Positions 12,860 through 25,560 of a stretch of 64,000 bases of DNA are shown in pieces. The DNA lies in NCBI RefSeq assembly GCF_964355755.1, contig NC_092672.1, forward strand, positions 24,751,237-24,815,236. The letters are read 5' to 3'. Each line of letters opens with the position of its first letter. Positions within the stretch are counted from its first letter, which is position 1. Position numbers and translations under genes: made by a program. The stretch is from Antedon mediterranea. Its lineage: Eukaryota; Animalia; Echinodermata. The notes under the pieces are model-generated. The model worked only from the letters and a program-made list of their open reading frames with translations. It was not told the DNA's origin and ran no database searches.

Positions 12860-14971
12860 GGATGAACATGTGCACCGGCAAAGAGATGTGCAAGGCAGAT
12901 TTGCCTTGCTGCATTTGCAGACTGTACAGGCCCTTTTGCAGCCACATTTCACAAATTCTCTGCAAGCTTTAGATGCCTCTGGACCAGACAGGTTCACATG
13001 AGTTCCCAACTTTCACCCATGCATAGTCGGTTAGACACGGAATTGTTTGTTGAGATAACATGCATGTTGTCCAGATGCCAGCTTGGTATACGGCCCTCCT
13101 AGTGTGCTGGAGTAGTGCATTCTGAGTAGGTGGTATCTTGTCAACAGCTTGCCATTTCTGGCTGAACAGTTCCATCCGAGCACTGTTAACATTCATGGCG
13201 TTACTTGTTTTGTCATAAACTACGACAACTAGTCTCTCGATTCTTTGAAATGATTCAGAATGTAAGTGAAGATGCTCAAACGGATGTGCGGCAAGATAAA
13301 GAAAGGCATCCGTAACTTCGTCATAAGCATCCCATGCCTGCCAAAACGATTTCTTCCCTTTACCTCTAAACGCTGAGGTAGTATTACATCCTGACAGTGA
13401 GTGGAAAATTGGCAGGGAACGTGATTTACGTTCACCGAGATGTGCACAAATGGCGTTGATACTGTAATGAGTGTAGTTCTTTCCAGTTCCAAATGCTATC
13501 CAGAGATCAAGATCAGCATTTATCTGAGAGAGGTCATGAAACACACCGATAAGAACAACGACAACATATGTATCCACAGTTCGCACCTGGATGGATTTTG
13601 CTCCATTTTCCAACCCGTGCTTCACGTGAACCACAATCCTAGTGTCTGCTTCCTCTTGATGACAGCTGGACATTTTGAACTGCATTCCAACAGGTAACAT
13701 GCTCTCCAGCTGTGATATATACCGAACACTCAGGAGGGATGCTGCAATCCGCAACTTTTGATGAAAGCAATTCAAAAAGTTCTTCCTGGTTGATTGGATC
13801 ACGGAGGAAGTCATTCCAGTTGCCCGGCAGTTTGGTATCACCTGATACTTTTCTACGCACACCTTTGCCTCGTTTCTCCCTGGTTCCCTCCTTAAGGCTA
13901 TCTGGTCGGTATTCGTCCCACACAACATCCACTCGCTTTGTGTCACGTAGCTGACGTTTCAGATGGGGTATAAAGACGTTGTCAGCATATTCTTGGAATG
14001 TTGAGACATCACACCATCCAGAACTTTGCAGTCATATAATACAGGTGCCTCTGTGTGGTTTGATTCGATACATTGTAACAGATGACATTTGGCCGGTACC
14101 AGACAGATTAAGCTTTCCAAACTCAGACAGGGATGGAGGATACGACTGTACTTCGTGTGCAAAGAAGTCACTGATGTCACCATCTCTATTTTGTAAGGAA
14201 ATGTATAACTGGCCGAAGAGTGCCACATTGTTCTCAAGCAACTTTACTTTCTTGCAATCCTTTGATTTGACTTTGAGCTTTGTTGAGAGCAAGGGTAGTG
14301 AACACACGTTGAGAAGTTCTCTTGAGTTCTTTGAGATCGTACATGTATGGAACGACTACGATCCACGAGCACGGTCTTCACATACTCTTGACACTTCTTT
14401 GTGCCTGTATCTTCTAGTGTACGGATTGTATCCACTACTACCTCATTCGCGCAGTTACGACTATCAAGAGTTACCATCTCAGGGAAGTCATCCAGGAAAG
14501 GATTTCCCATCTTGCGTATTGTGTTAGATAGACTATCAACCTGTCGCTGGAAGGTTTTTTGTGCTACAAGTCCCTGTTCATGGTGTTCAAAGTTAGCTGG
14601 GTATTCCGGATCATCGTCATGAATATATTTATTCTCATACTGTATCAAAAGTCTGGCAAGCTCGGGTCCAGCAGTCATCCAGCGTCTGAAAGCAACTGGA
14701 TTCTCTGTAAGTCCTACTACACCACCGGATGCATTCACCACTTTATTCTCTTGCTCATGCGCTTGGTCTATTGGAATCGCAGAGTATCTGTGTAAAAACT
14801 TTGCGATTGTGCAGTGATTCCGAGTTTCAAACTCATATTTGATCTCTTGTAATGTGGCAATGCCTTCATGTCTCTAATGTGTACAGGCAGCCACCGAGAA
14901 TAGTTCACATGATCTAACGCAAAGAACAATGGCACGAGTGCCTCTAATACAGAAACATATTCAAGAAACAT
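12860..14971 (-). pseudogene. Academ transposase C-terminal part: helical region, XPG/FEN-like PIN nuclease with H3TH, Cys-rich zinc finger
   Basis: Frameshifted ORFs carry HVNYSRWLPVHIRDM, SGGVVGLTENPVAFRRWM, DVVWDEY..SLKEGTREKRG, HQEEADTRIVVH, FHSLSGCNTTSAFRGKGKK and IPPTQNALLQHTRRAVYQA. The terminal CGCKRACTVCKCSKANLPCTSLCRC was translated by hand from ~12870-12950. Confidence 0.85.
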
Positions 14972-15199
14972 TTATTGACCAAAAATATTATATAACATTA
15001 ACAATGGTTTGCATATAATATATATAGTCGAGAGACTACAAAAGGCCCGATGGGCCTGTCGCTGTAGTCCCTCTTTACATTAAACAAATAATAATAAACA
15101 TACAATAGGAAGTCTAACAAATATGAGAATAATAATCTCATATCATAGTGTGCGATCATGTTCCAGAACTTGAACGTGGGCCATTTTTAAATCTGGAAT

Positions 15200-15830
15200 C
15201 TTGGAAATGAGTGACCTGAGCAAAATGGATTGACCAGTAGCTGTTTCAGTGACCTCAGATACCTCTGAATTGACACCTTATTTGTTCATTTATGATTTTT
15301 ACAGCCTTATATACAATATTTCCTTTTTCTGGCACCCATTTTGAAATTTGGCCGCCATCTTGAAACTGGGTGACCTGAGCAAAATTGGTTGACCAGCATC
15401 TATTACAGTGACCTCAGAAACCCCTGAATTGACACCTCATTTGTTCATTTCTGATTTTTACAGTCTGATATATGACATTTTATTTTTTTAGCGGCCATTT
15501 TAAAATTTGGCACCCATCTTGGAATTGGGTGACCTGAGCAAAATGGGTTGACCAGCATCTATTACAGTGACCTCAGAAACCCCTGAATTGACACCTCATT
15601 TGTTCATTTCTGATTTTTACATTCTGATATATGACATTTGATTTTTTTGGCCGCCATCTTGGAAATTGGTGGTCTGAGCAACATGACATGACCAGCTTCT
15701 GTTTCAGTGACCCTCAGAAACCCTGACATTGACACCCCATTTGTTGATTTATGAGTCTTACAGCCAGATATATGGCATTTCCTTTTTTCTGGCGGCCATC
15801 TTGGATTTTGGCCGCCATCTTGGAAAATCG
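15200..15830 (+). repeat. ~125-160-bp subterminal tandem repeats of the Academ element
   Basis: Recurrent GTGACCTGAGCAAAATGG..TTGACCAGCATC..CAGTGACCTCAGAAACCCCTGAATTGACACC blocks, mirrored at ~12340-12700. Confidence 0.8.
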
Positions 15831-16110
15831 GACCCGATCAAGTGGGTTCCACGGATAAAATCAATAGATAGGCCGAAAGGAAACTCCCAGCCAAATTTGG
15901 TACTTTTGTCCGGCCGGTAACGTTAATCCTGAAAATTGTTGCTAAGCCACCTGACTAAGTGCGTAGGATTGTAATTGATGTCTATACTTGAATTTAAACA
16001 GGATGCATGTGTTGTCTTGGTAAAACGCAATCTGCAAAATGTGTCACTTGCATCACAAAGAAGATAGCGTTATTCTATCCATAATCCGTACAGGCTACCT
16101 ACATCTTTAA

Positions 16111-16418
16111 AGATCTATTGTCCCCCAAAAACATGAAAAATGAAGATTAATTAAATCACAATTTGAATACATTATTTTGTAGTTTTAATAAAGTTAATCA
16201 CTTCTATAGAAAAAAACGAAAAAAAAAATGTTTTCACTTGTAAAATGACAACATAAATGGTTGAATCTAACCAAAAATCCATTGGCTGGCAGCCAATTTT
16301 ACCATTTTTTGCTTTAGATTACATTTTTTCAGGTAAATACATTTTTTTTTGATCCAATTTTTCGTAAAAGTGGATAACTATTATGTTACATTAAAATTTT
16401 CAGGGGGACAATACATCT
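16111..16418. mobile_element. TTAA-flanked MITE (Kolobok-like termini), copy 1
   Basis: TTAA|AGATCTATTGTCCCC ... GGGGACAATACATCT|TTAA. The same family occurs at 17998-18316 and ~54000-54182. Confidence 0.8.
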
Positions 16419-17489
16419 TTAATAAGTCGTTTGTTATACACAGTTCATTGTTGCTATATTATTATTCATGGAGAGCACTCCCGGATCACTTCATTATTTC
16501 TTATAGTATATTTTGAAACAGCTTTCAATAATACAATGTTTATCCAGGTTTTATATGTTTTCTATATATTTGGTATTAATGAAAATAATGTATTTGTTAT
16601 GTATATTGAAAAAAATATATAAAAAGAAATATGATTTATAATATGATTTTAATTATTTGTATAATTATAATTTGACACACGCACATACAAAGACTCAGCC
16701 AACTGATTGGTAAACTTTTACTTTGATCAGAAGAATTAAGTATTGGATTTGATATAATGATTCTAATTTTTGTTTATTATAATCACAGACAAAATGAGAT
16801 TTTAGGCTGTAGTAATAATTCATATAATAATAATAATACCGTAAGCATTAATCTACGCATTGCGTAGCCTACGCCTTGCGTGTGAAGCCACTTACTACGC
16901 CACGTTCATGGCGTTGGATAAACAAGCCTAACGCTGTATCGTTTGTTCCACAGTCCATTGTTTCTTGATAATTTATTTATTCAGAGCACATCGGAACCCA
17001 TTTTTTTAATAATATATTTCTAAACAATTTTATATAATACAATTTTTAAAAACCAGATTAAATATATTTTTATTTTTGTAATGAACAATTAATCATATAT
17101 TTAATATGTAGGCCTATACAATCACAATCCAGTATAGGCCTACTTTATACAGGATAAAATATCAAAAAAAGAAATATATTTGACATAATATTATTATTAA
17201 TGTTGATATAATTTAACGTACGATCACGCACACACAGAGACGCAGACAACTAAACTTTAAATAAATGTTTATTTGATTTGATATTATAATTTTAATATTT
17301 GCTACGTCTACTCTGAGACCAATAAGGTCCGTATTAATGACTGGACTATCTCTAGATTTAGTCTGGACAATATTAAAATCGGCAAAAGATAATAATGAAT
17401 ATGGGCCAATGAGATTGTGGTATGCACTATGCAGTCATTCACAGTAAGAACCTAAAACAACAGTCACTGATCGTTTTATATTTTAGTAC

Positions 17490-17550
17490 TATTGACTGGT
17501 ATGTGATATCTACATCTATCATAGATATAGATATCACATACCAGTCAATA
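17490..17550. repeat. 61-bp near-perfect palindrome
   Basis: TATTGACTGGTATGTGATATCTACATCTAT-C-ATAGATATAGATATCACATACCAGTCAATA. Confidence 0.9.
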
Positions 17551-17997
17551 AATCAACTTTAGTCTACTACAATTGAAAAATATTCCTGTAAACAAGAAAA
17601 GCAATTTACAAATATATTAATAAACAACTTCATTTAACAGGTCTGCCTCATTATTTAAGCCCTTAATTTCACAACTGAACTTGTCATGTCACACAACAAA
17701 GCGGCAAGTACGCCACCACTATTTTGGAACGTAAGTGATAACAGTTATCAGACATTCAAACACTCTCCGTTTATTTAAGTGTTGATATACTATTTGTTAG
17801 CAAAGTGTATTTAGAAGTGATAGTGAATTGAAAATTACAGTAGGCCTGTAAAGATGGTCTATGATTGTGTAAATGCTATTTTAGGAAACAAATGCAAACT
17901 TTATGTCTGTTCTGTTATACTAGTAGGCCTACTTTAACTAAAATCATTGGTAATGTTTGTCTTGCTAAAAGATGTTGCTGCTAGTAGTTGTACTCAA

Positions 17998-18316
17998 AGA
18001 TGTATTGTCCCACAAAAACATAAAAAATGAAGATTAATTAAATCAGACTTTGAATAGGTAATTATTTTGTAGTTTTAATAAAGTTAATCAATTCCGTAGA
18101 AAAAAAAATGTTTTCACTTATAAAATAACATAATAAAATGGTTAAATTCAACCAAAAATCCATTGGCTGGCAGCCAATTTAACCATTTTTGCTTAGGCCT
18201 AAATACATTTTTTTAGATCCAATTTATCCAAAAGTGGATAACTATCATGTGACATTAAATAAGATATTGAAAAAAGTTAAAGTTAAAAATTATTTTTCAG
18301 GGGGGACAATACATCT
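17998..18316. mobile_element. TTAA-flanked MITE (Kolobok-like termini), copy 2
   Basis: AGATGTATTGTCCC ... GGGACAATACATCT|TTAA, colinear with 16111-16418. Confidence 0.8.
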
Positions 18317-19109
18317 TTAAACGAAATTTCCTAGATTTAATCAATTTAGTAGGCCTACTAACTATATGGTCGCAATAAAGTGTATTTTGATTGTATGAGC
18401 ATTAAGCGATTGATTATTCAAACTTTCGCTTGTCATTTAATTTAATTTAATTGTCATTTAATATTTAATTTTAATTGGTTAAAACAACTAAAGGAATGTG
18501 CTCACCCCCCACAACTAACGTATGCACTATTTTCTATAAATCGATAACAATAGGCCTATCAGAAGTAAAATAGGCATACAACTTATTTTTCTAAGCATGC
18601 AATTTGGGTATGAAATACACACAATTTTTCAATAAAAAATGTGTAAAAAATAATATAAAAATATATTATAGTTGTTAAGGTTTTTTTTTTAATTGTTGTA
18701 ATATTGTTTATGGGGCCCTCAAAACGACAACAAAACATAATAATGGCATAAAAATGGCAAGAGGCATTAATAAAAAGATTAAAATGTAGGCCTATAATAA
18801 AACAATGTTAAAAATTGGATTAATTAATATAAGTCATTGCAGTCATTTCCCAGGTACGTACTTCTCAAGATCCCGGTCATAGAATGTAGAGTCGCCCACC
18901 CTTCTTCAGCAGCAGCACACGTGTGTCATGGCATGATGGCTCATCAAAAAAAGTTCTCAAAATGAAACATGTATTTATATGGGGTGAACATGTTGTTACG
19001 TTTGTTACCGGTAATATTTTATGGTAATTAATAATTTATAGAACAGTGAATGTTAGGAAACAATGGCGAAATAAATGTAAGGGTACACTCAGCTACTAAA
19101 CTATAATTA

Positions 19110-19460
19110 TTAAGCCTACCCTAGCTAGGCTAAATATACTACTACTACTAGCCTACTAGGCCCTAGGCCTAGCTAGGCCTGTAGTGTAGGCCTATACTTA
19201 TGTAGGGTGATGTATTGTAGGCCTAAGGCTATACTACTAACTACTTTGTCTAGGCCTAGGCCTAAATACTAAATACTACTAACTAGGCCTAGGCCTAAGT
19301 GTCTGTCTATAGGTCTACTTATGTAGGCCTAAGGCTATACTAGACAAAAAGGGTGCTACAGAGTAATAGATAGGAGGAGGAACAGGTAAGGCTGGCCCAG
19401 GCTTAGTACAAGTTAGGCTTATAGCTAGCTAGATACTGTTTAGGCATAGCCTACTAGGAT
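19110..19460. repeat. TAGGCC/CTAG low-complexity tract
   Basis: Dense CTAGGCCTAG, TAGGCCTA and TAC repeats. Similar tracts occur at ~38085-38130 and ~53475-53570. Confidence 0.7.
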
Positions 19461-19549
19461 CATCATAATAGCAGTTTTCATACTGGAATTACGGAAAAAG
19501 GTTAAAGGTTTCAAGATGGTTTTAGGCCTGGGGTTAACCATATAATATT

Positions 19550-20184
19550 CGCCGTGGTTAGGATTCCGGCACCGGAACTCAACTGCCCAGCGTTAAGGAT
19601 TCCGACACGCTATTGCGCATGCCCAGAGCGAGGTAATCGGCGACTCTATACTTATCAACAGCGATGGATGAAGCAACCACCAAAAGTGGTTGCTTCATTC
19701 ATATATAAAATTCATATCATTATGAATTATATAAATACATGACTAGTTTTTGATTTTTCATAACGCATTATACTGTACATATACAACATGCAATCACAAG
19801 TTGATTTGTTGACGGCAGCCACCGCGTGGATGTGAAAAAACTGTTCGGGAAGTCAGGGTCGCAACGCTAAAAACAGCATTACGATTCTTAGATAGATACT
19901 GATACTTATTAATATCATTATAATTATTTTAACGCGTGGCGTAGTCATATTTTAATTATTAATTCATGTATGGCATAGGCCAAGTTTCATCCATCGCTCT
20001 CTCGCTCGCGCAACGACCATCTAGGCTACAGTAAATCCCTATAACACTCCGACTCTCCGTGGTGTGGCACTATTATTAGTGCAAGCTATAATTCACTTCC
20101 CAGAGCTCTGGGCATGTGCAATAGCGTGTCGGATTCCCTAACGGTGGGCAGTTGAGTTCCGGTGCCGGAAGCCTAACCACGGCG
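19550..20184. mobile_element. Non-autonomous Mutator-like MITE with ~80-bp TIRs and 9-bp TSD
   Basis: TIR CGCCGTGGTTAGGATTCCGGCACCGGAACTCAACTGCCCA... has its reverse complement at ~20105-20184. TATAATATT is duplicated at 19541-19549 and 20185-20193. Confidence 0.9.
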
Positions 20185-21479
20185 TATAATATTTATATTA
20201 TAAATAAAGGAAGTAAATTCATTGGTTAGTGTCAATTAAATATCTTTGTATCAAAATTGATTAAATTCACAGCGTTAATGAATGGTGGCACAGAATAGTT
20301 AGCTCTTGTTAAGAAAGCTAATTGTAATACTTTACTCTCTGTCCAAATTAGCTATTAAATCAAATCAACATCACAGGCAGAATGGCAAAGCATACCAGGT
20401 ACACACACACTCACATTTCTATTTTTCTAAGGACACAATTACAACTCCTCCACTCCCAAAGACTTGTAATAAGACTTTTTATGTTGAGCATCTTGTGTAT
20501 ATGTTTGTCTTGTGAACCTAGCTCTGAGGGTCCCTAATGATCAGCAATTGCTGGATGGATCACCCTCATTAAATATGGTTTTTAAAAAAAATAAAAACTG
20601 TAAATCAAGAAAAACAACATAAAAAGTTTGTACATCATTCAACAGTCTGATGGAATATGAATTGATGATACAAAATGATTTTAAATATCTTGTCACCTGA
20701 CCATTGTACAATCTTAGTGAATTCAGTCTTTTATCTCATTTTAATATATCATATAAAGGGTGATTAAATCCTCACATATTTTCATAGCCTTTGTCAGCTT
20801 ATTGGGGTTTGATCATGTCATCTGGACTGATTTCAATAATATTTGTTTTTCTCTTTTATTCTATATCTAGAAAACCATGGCACTTTCAACTTTTAAATCC
20901 CAAAAAATAAAAAAATTATTAAAAACACTCAACATGTATAGAATTTGTCAAATTTTATATAAATGTTTATTAACATTGTCAATAAGTCAATACAGTAATT
21001 GTGTCATATTTGTTGTGATTGTTTGTTATCCAAACATGATCATTTGTATACATTACCTTTTTTTTATACATCATTAATGATCATAAACAGTTTAAATTTG
21101 TAACTTTATCATATTATAGATTTTTCCTCTTTCACTGTAAATGAAAGGATAAAATGCACTTTGTGAAGAGAAACAAATTAATGTAATAAAATTCACTTAA
21201 TGAAATAAATTAAATCAATAAATTTAAACTTAGATTACAAATACTGCCAACAGTGTCCCAATATTTGAGATCACTTCTTTCTTATAAATAATGCCACCAA
21301 TGTTAGCTTATTTGTTATCTTTGCTGTTCTATATTTGTAATCAATACAATACTTTTTATGGATTCTCTTCCTACAGTGTTGAGCCTAATCTAATACTGTT
21401 TTACTTAAATTGTACAAAGGGTTCTTAAAGCTTATCCACATGTCTAAATTAGACGGAAGTTTTTCAATTCAATTGTTAT

Positions 21480-21680
21480 TTACAGTTTTGCTGAAAGAAA
21501 TTGATAGGTTGCAAATTTAAATTGATTTAATAACAATGGAGAGTTACGAATTTGAATTGAGAGATTGTTCCAAATGGCTGGAATGACATTAAAAAAGTGA
21601 GAAAAGGAAGACAAAGGGATACAGAAAGTGGGGAAATCTGTTCTTTGATTGATAATGTATAAAAGACGAAAACGTTTCAT
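21480..21680 (-). mobile_element. Small degenerate LINE ORF2 3'-end fragment
   Basis: SHFFNVIPAIWNNLSIQIRNS..LNQFK resembles the conserved LINE C-terminal SF....WN.LP..IR....FK motif. Confidence 0.45.
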
Positions 21681-22394
21681 TATTTTGTGCTTTGGCCTAT
21701 AGAGGACGTTTTTAAGAATTGTATTGTTAATTGGTCAAACATTTTAAAAGATTACTTTTATTTTGATAAGGAAAACTTGTACTGTTCATATTTATTTTGG
21801 AGGGTGTAAGTGAGTGTAGCTATTGTATGACACAAAGTCCAATGTTATTGAACTTCCTTCAATACAGACTTGTAAACAATTGACTATTATGTAATTTGCA
21901 CAATTTGAGCTTTGCTGTCATGTGACTACAATCCCATAAAATCATTAAATTCATTTTGCAGTTAAGTTAAGTGATGAGTAAAATATAGTACATAAATAAA
22001 TAAACATTTTAATTGATTAATTTATTCACCATGTGACATGATCAAAAAGAAAAATCAATATGCATCTGTAGTATAAGATGCTTTTATTAAAATGTCATTA
22101 TAGCACACCGCAGAATTGGAAGTAAAGTTTCACAATAGTAAAAAATAGTTGAAATGGAATAAATTGAAAAATCTATACAAAATTAACAATTCAGGATAAC
22201 AAGAAACAAACATGATACAAATAAGATAAAATTCATTTTACATTGACATTACCTTATATTATGACCTTTGGATTTTCTATTTATTTTACCTTGTCTTTAA
22301 CCAATATTACATTTGAAATTGTAGGGCAATGATAAAATCAAAGCAAACATTAAATCATGTGACTTTGAATACTTGATTGACGCAGACAATTTAT

Positions 22395-23660
22395 AACAAT
22401 TCTTGTCCAGTATTGGTCTTCATTATTTTCTATCTTTAAAAAGTAAAATGTTTACTGTAGAGTATTTGTGTTGTAGCTGTTTAACAATTCTTGTCTAGTA
22501 TTGGTCTTCATTTCATATCTTTAAAAGTAAAATGTTCACTGTAGAGTATTTGTGTTGTAGCTGTTTAACAATTCTTGTCCAGTATTGGTCTTCATTTCAT
22601 ATCTTTAAAAGTAAAATGTTCATTATAGAGTATTTGTGTTGTAGCTGTTTAACAATTCTTGTCCAGTATTGGTCTTCATTTCATATCTTTAAAAGTAAAA
22701 TGTTCATTATAGAGTATTTGTGTTGTAGCTGTTTAACAATTCTTGTCCAGTATTGGTCTTCATTATTGCATATCTTTAAAAGTAAAATGTTCATTATAGA
22801 GTATTTGTGTTGTAGCTGTTTAACAATTCTTGTCCAGTATTGGTCTTCATTTCATATCTTTAAAAGTAAAATGTTCATTATAGAGTATTTGTGTTGTAGC
22901 TGTTTAACAATTCTTGTCCAGTATTGGTCTTCATTTCATATCTTTAAAAGTAAAATGTTCATTATAGAGTATTTGTGTTGTAGCTGTTTAACAATTCTTG
23001 TCCAGTATTGGTCTTCATTTCATATCTTTAAAAGTAAAATGTTCATTATAGAGTATTTGTGTTGTAGCTGTTTAACAATTCTTGTCCAGTATTGGTCTTC
23101 ATTTCATATCTTTAAAAGTAAAATGTTCATTATAGAGTATTTGTGTTGTAGCTGTTTAACAATTCTTGTCCAGTATTGGTCTTCATTTCATATCTTTAAA
23201 AGTAAAATGTTCATTATAGAGTATTTGTGTTGTAGCTGTTTAACAATTCTTGTCCAGTATTGGTCTTCATTTCATATCTTTAAAAGTAAAATGTTCATTA
23301 TAGAGTATTTGTGTTGTAGCTGTTTAACAATTCTTGTCCAGTATTGGTCTTCATTTCATATCTTTAAAAGTAAAATGTTCATTATAGAGTATTTGTGTTG
23401 TAGCTGTTTAACAATTCATGTCTAGTATTGGTCTTCATTTCATATCTTTAAAGTAAAATGTTCATTATAGAGTATTTGTGTTGTAGCTGTTTAACAATTC
23501 ATGTCTAGTATTGGTCTTCATTTCATGTCTTTAAAAGTAAAATGTTCATTATAGAGTATTTGTGTTGTAGTAGCTGTTTAACAATTCTTGTCCAGTATTG
23601 GTCTTCACTATTTCATGTCTTTAAAAGTAAAATGTTCATTATAGAGTATTTGTGTTGTAG
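22395..23660 (+). repeat. 84-bp tandem repeat, about 15 copies
   Basis: Unit ACAATTCTTGTCCAGTATTGGTCTTCATTTCATATCTTTAAAAGTAAAATGTTCATTATAGAGTATTTGTGTTGTAGCTGTTTA. It gives a 28-aa periodicity in ORF 22532..23425. The central copies are identical. Confidence 0.97.
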
Positions 23661-23972
23661 GTGTTTGTCATGTTGGTTTACCTGCTTGTCTGTACATTCT
23701 ATTAGTATGTTAAACATTTTGTACAGTAAAGAGTTAAGTTGTATATTTTACCCAGTTGTTTCTTGTCTTTATTGAAAATGATACTTTAATATCAGTGGTA
23801 CTGGTGTCACACAGTGCATCCAAAAAGAATATACAAAAACAACAAAAGTAATTAAATGAACAAATTAAAACAACATTAAATGTACATTAAACTTTTAAAC
23901 TTCTAAACTTCTTATACATTTTTTAGTGAATTTATTTGTTCCTTTCTAACTAATAAAGTATCAAATACATTC

Positions 23973-25560
23973 TACAGTATTGTTTTATACCTGTTATATC
24001 ATGTTGGTTTATCTGTGGCTTTCTATTTAATCAAGTGTAATACAGTATTGTTCATACCTGTTATATCATGTTGGTTTATCTGTGGCTTTCTATTTAATAA
24101 AGTGTATCAAATACAGTATTGTTTTATACCTGTTTGTTATATCATGTTGGTTTATCTGTGGCTTTCTGTTTAATAAAGTGTAATACAGTATTGTTTTATA
24201 CCTGTTATATCATGTTGGTTTATCTGTGGCTTTCTGTTTAATAAAGTGTAATACAGTATTGTTTTATACCTGTTATATCATGTTGGTTTATCTGTGGCTT
24301 TCTATTTAATAAAGTGTATCAAATACAGTATTGTTTTATACCTGTTATATCATGTTGGTTTATCTGTGGCTTTCTATTTAATAAAGTGTATCAAATACAG
24401 TATTGTTTTTTACCTGTTATATCATGTTGGTTTATCTATGGCTTTCTATTTAATAAAGTGTAATACAGTATTGTTTCATACCTGTTATATCATGTTGGTT
24501 TATCTGTGGCTTTCTATTTAATAAAGTGTATCAAATACAGTATTGTTTTATACCTGTTATATCATGTTGGTTTATCTATGGCTTTCTATTTAATAAAGTG
24601 TAATACAGTATTGTTTTATACCTGTTATATCATGTTGGTTTATGTGTGCCTTTCTATTTAATAAAGTGTAATACAGTATTGTTTCATACCTGTTATATCA
24701 TGTTGGTTTATCTGTGGCTTTCTATTTAATAAAGTGTATCAAATACAGTATTGTTTTATACCTGTTATATCATGTTGGTTTATCTATGGCTTTCTATTTA
24801 ATAAAGTGTATCAAATACAGTATTGTTTTATACCTGTTATATCATGTTGGTTTATCTATGGCTTTCTATTTAATAAAGTGTATCAAATACAGTATTGTTT
24901 TATACCTGTTATATCATGTTGGTTTATCTGTGCCTTTCTATTTAATAAAGTGTATCAAATACAGTATTGTTTTATACCTGTTATATCATGTTGGTTTATC
25001 TGTGGCTTTCTATTTAATAAAGTGTAATACAGTATTGTTTTATACCTGTTATATCATGTTGGTTTATCTGTGGCTTTCTATTTAATAAAGTGTATCAAAT
25101 ACAGTATTGTTTTATACCTGTTATATCATGTTGGTTTATCTATGGCTTTCTATTTAATAAAGTGTATCAAATACAGTATTGTTTTATACCTGTTATATCA
25201 TGTTGGTTTATCTATGGCTTTCTATTTAATAAAGTGTATCAAATACAGTATTGTTTTATACCTGTTATATCATGTTGGTTTATCTGTGCCTTTCTATTTA
25301 ATAAAGTGTATCAAATACAGTATTGTTTTATACCTGTTATATCATGTTGGTTTATCTGTGGCTTTCTATTTAATAAAGTGTAATACAGTATTGTTTTATA
25401 CCTGTTATATCATGTTGGTTTATCTGTGGCTTTCTATTTAATAAAGTGTAATACAGTATTGTTTTATACCTGTTATATCATGTTGGTTTATCTGTGGCTT
25501 TCTATTTAATAAAGTGTATCAAATACAGTATTGTTTTTAACTCTTATATTATGTTGGTTA
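23973..25560 (+). repeat. 72/68-bp tandem repeat, about 22 copies, with 356-bp higher-order duplication
   Basis: Unit TACAGTATTGTTTTATACCTGTTATATCATGTTGGTTTATCTGTGGCTTTCTATTTAATAAAGTGTA(TCAA)A. Identical ORFs at 24714 and 25070 are offset by 356 bp (4x72 + 68). Confidence 0.97.

Larger units (their letters stand above)
12219..15957 (-). mobile_element. AcademX-type DNA transposon, internally deleted and decayed
   Basis: Termini TAGTCAGGTGGCTTAGCAA (12219) and TTGCTAAGCCACCTGACTA (15957), with the 3-bp TSD AGT on both sides. The inverted ends extend several hundred bp and contain ~125-bp subterminal repeats. Confidence 0.85.

Noticed and set aside
20871-20940. Possible start-codon exon (TCTAG|AAAACCATGGCA) of the ankyrin gene, plus donor-like sites at ~17731, ~19386 and ~20399
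   Set aside because: The splice and Kozak-like signals are plausible, but there is no protein similarity or clear donor, so it cannot be supported without RNA data.
22532-23425. 297-aa ORF of repeated MFIIEYLCCSCLTILVQYWSSFHIFKSK
   Set aside because: It is a by-product of an 84-bp (multiple of 3) tandem unit. The flanking units break the frame and the copies lack synonymous variation.
24294-25441. Hydrophobic repeated ORFs (MAFYLIKCIKYSIV...)
   Set aside because: They are translations of the 72/68-bp tandem array.
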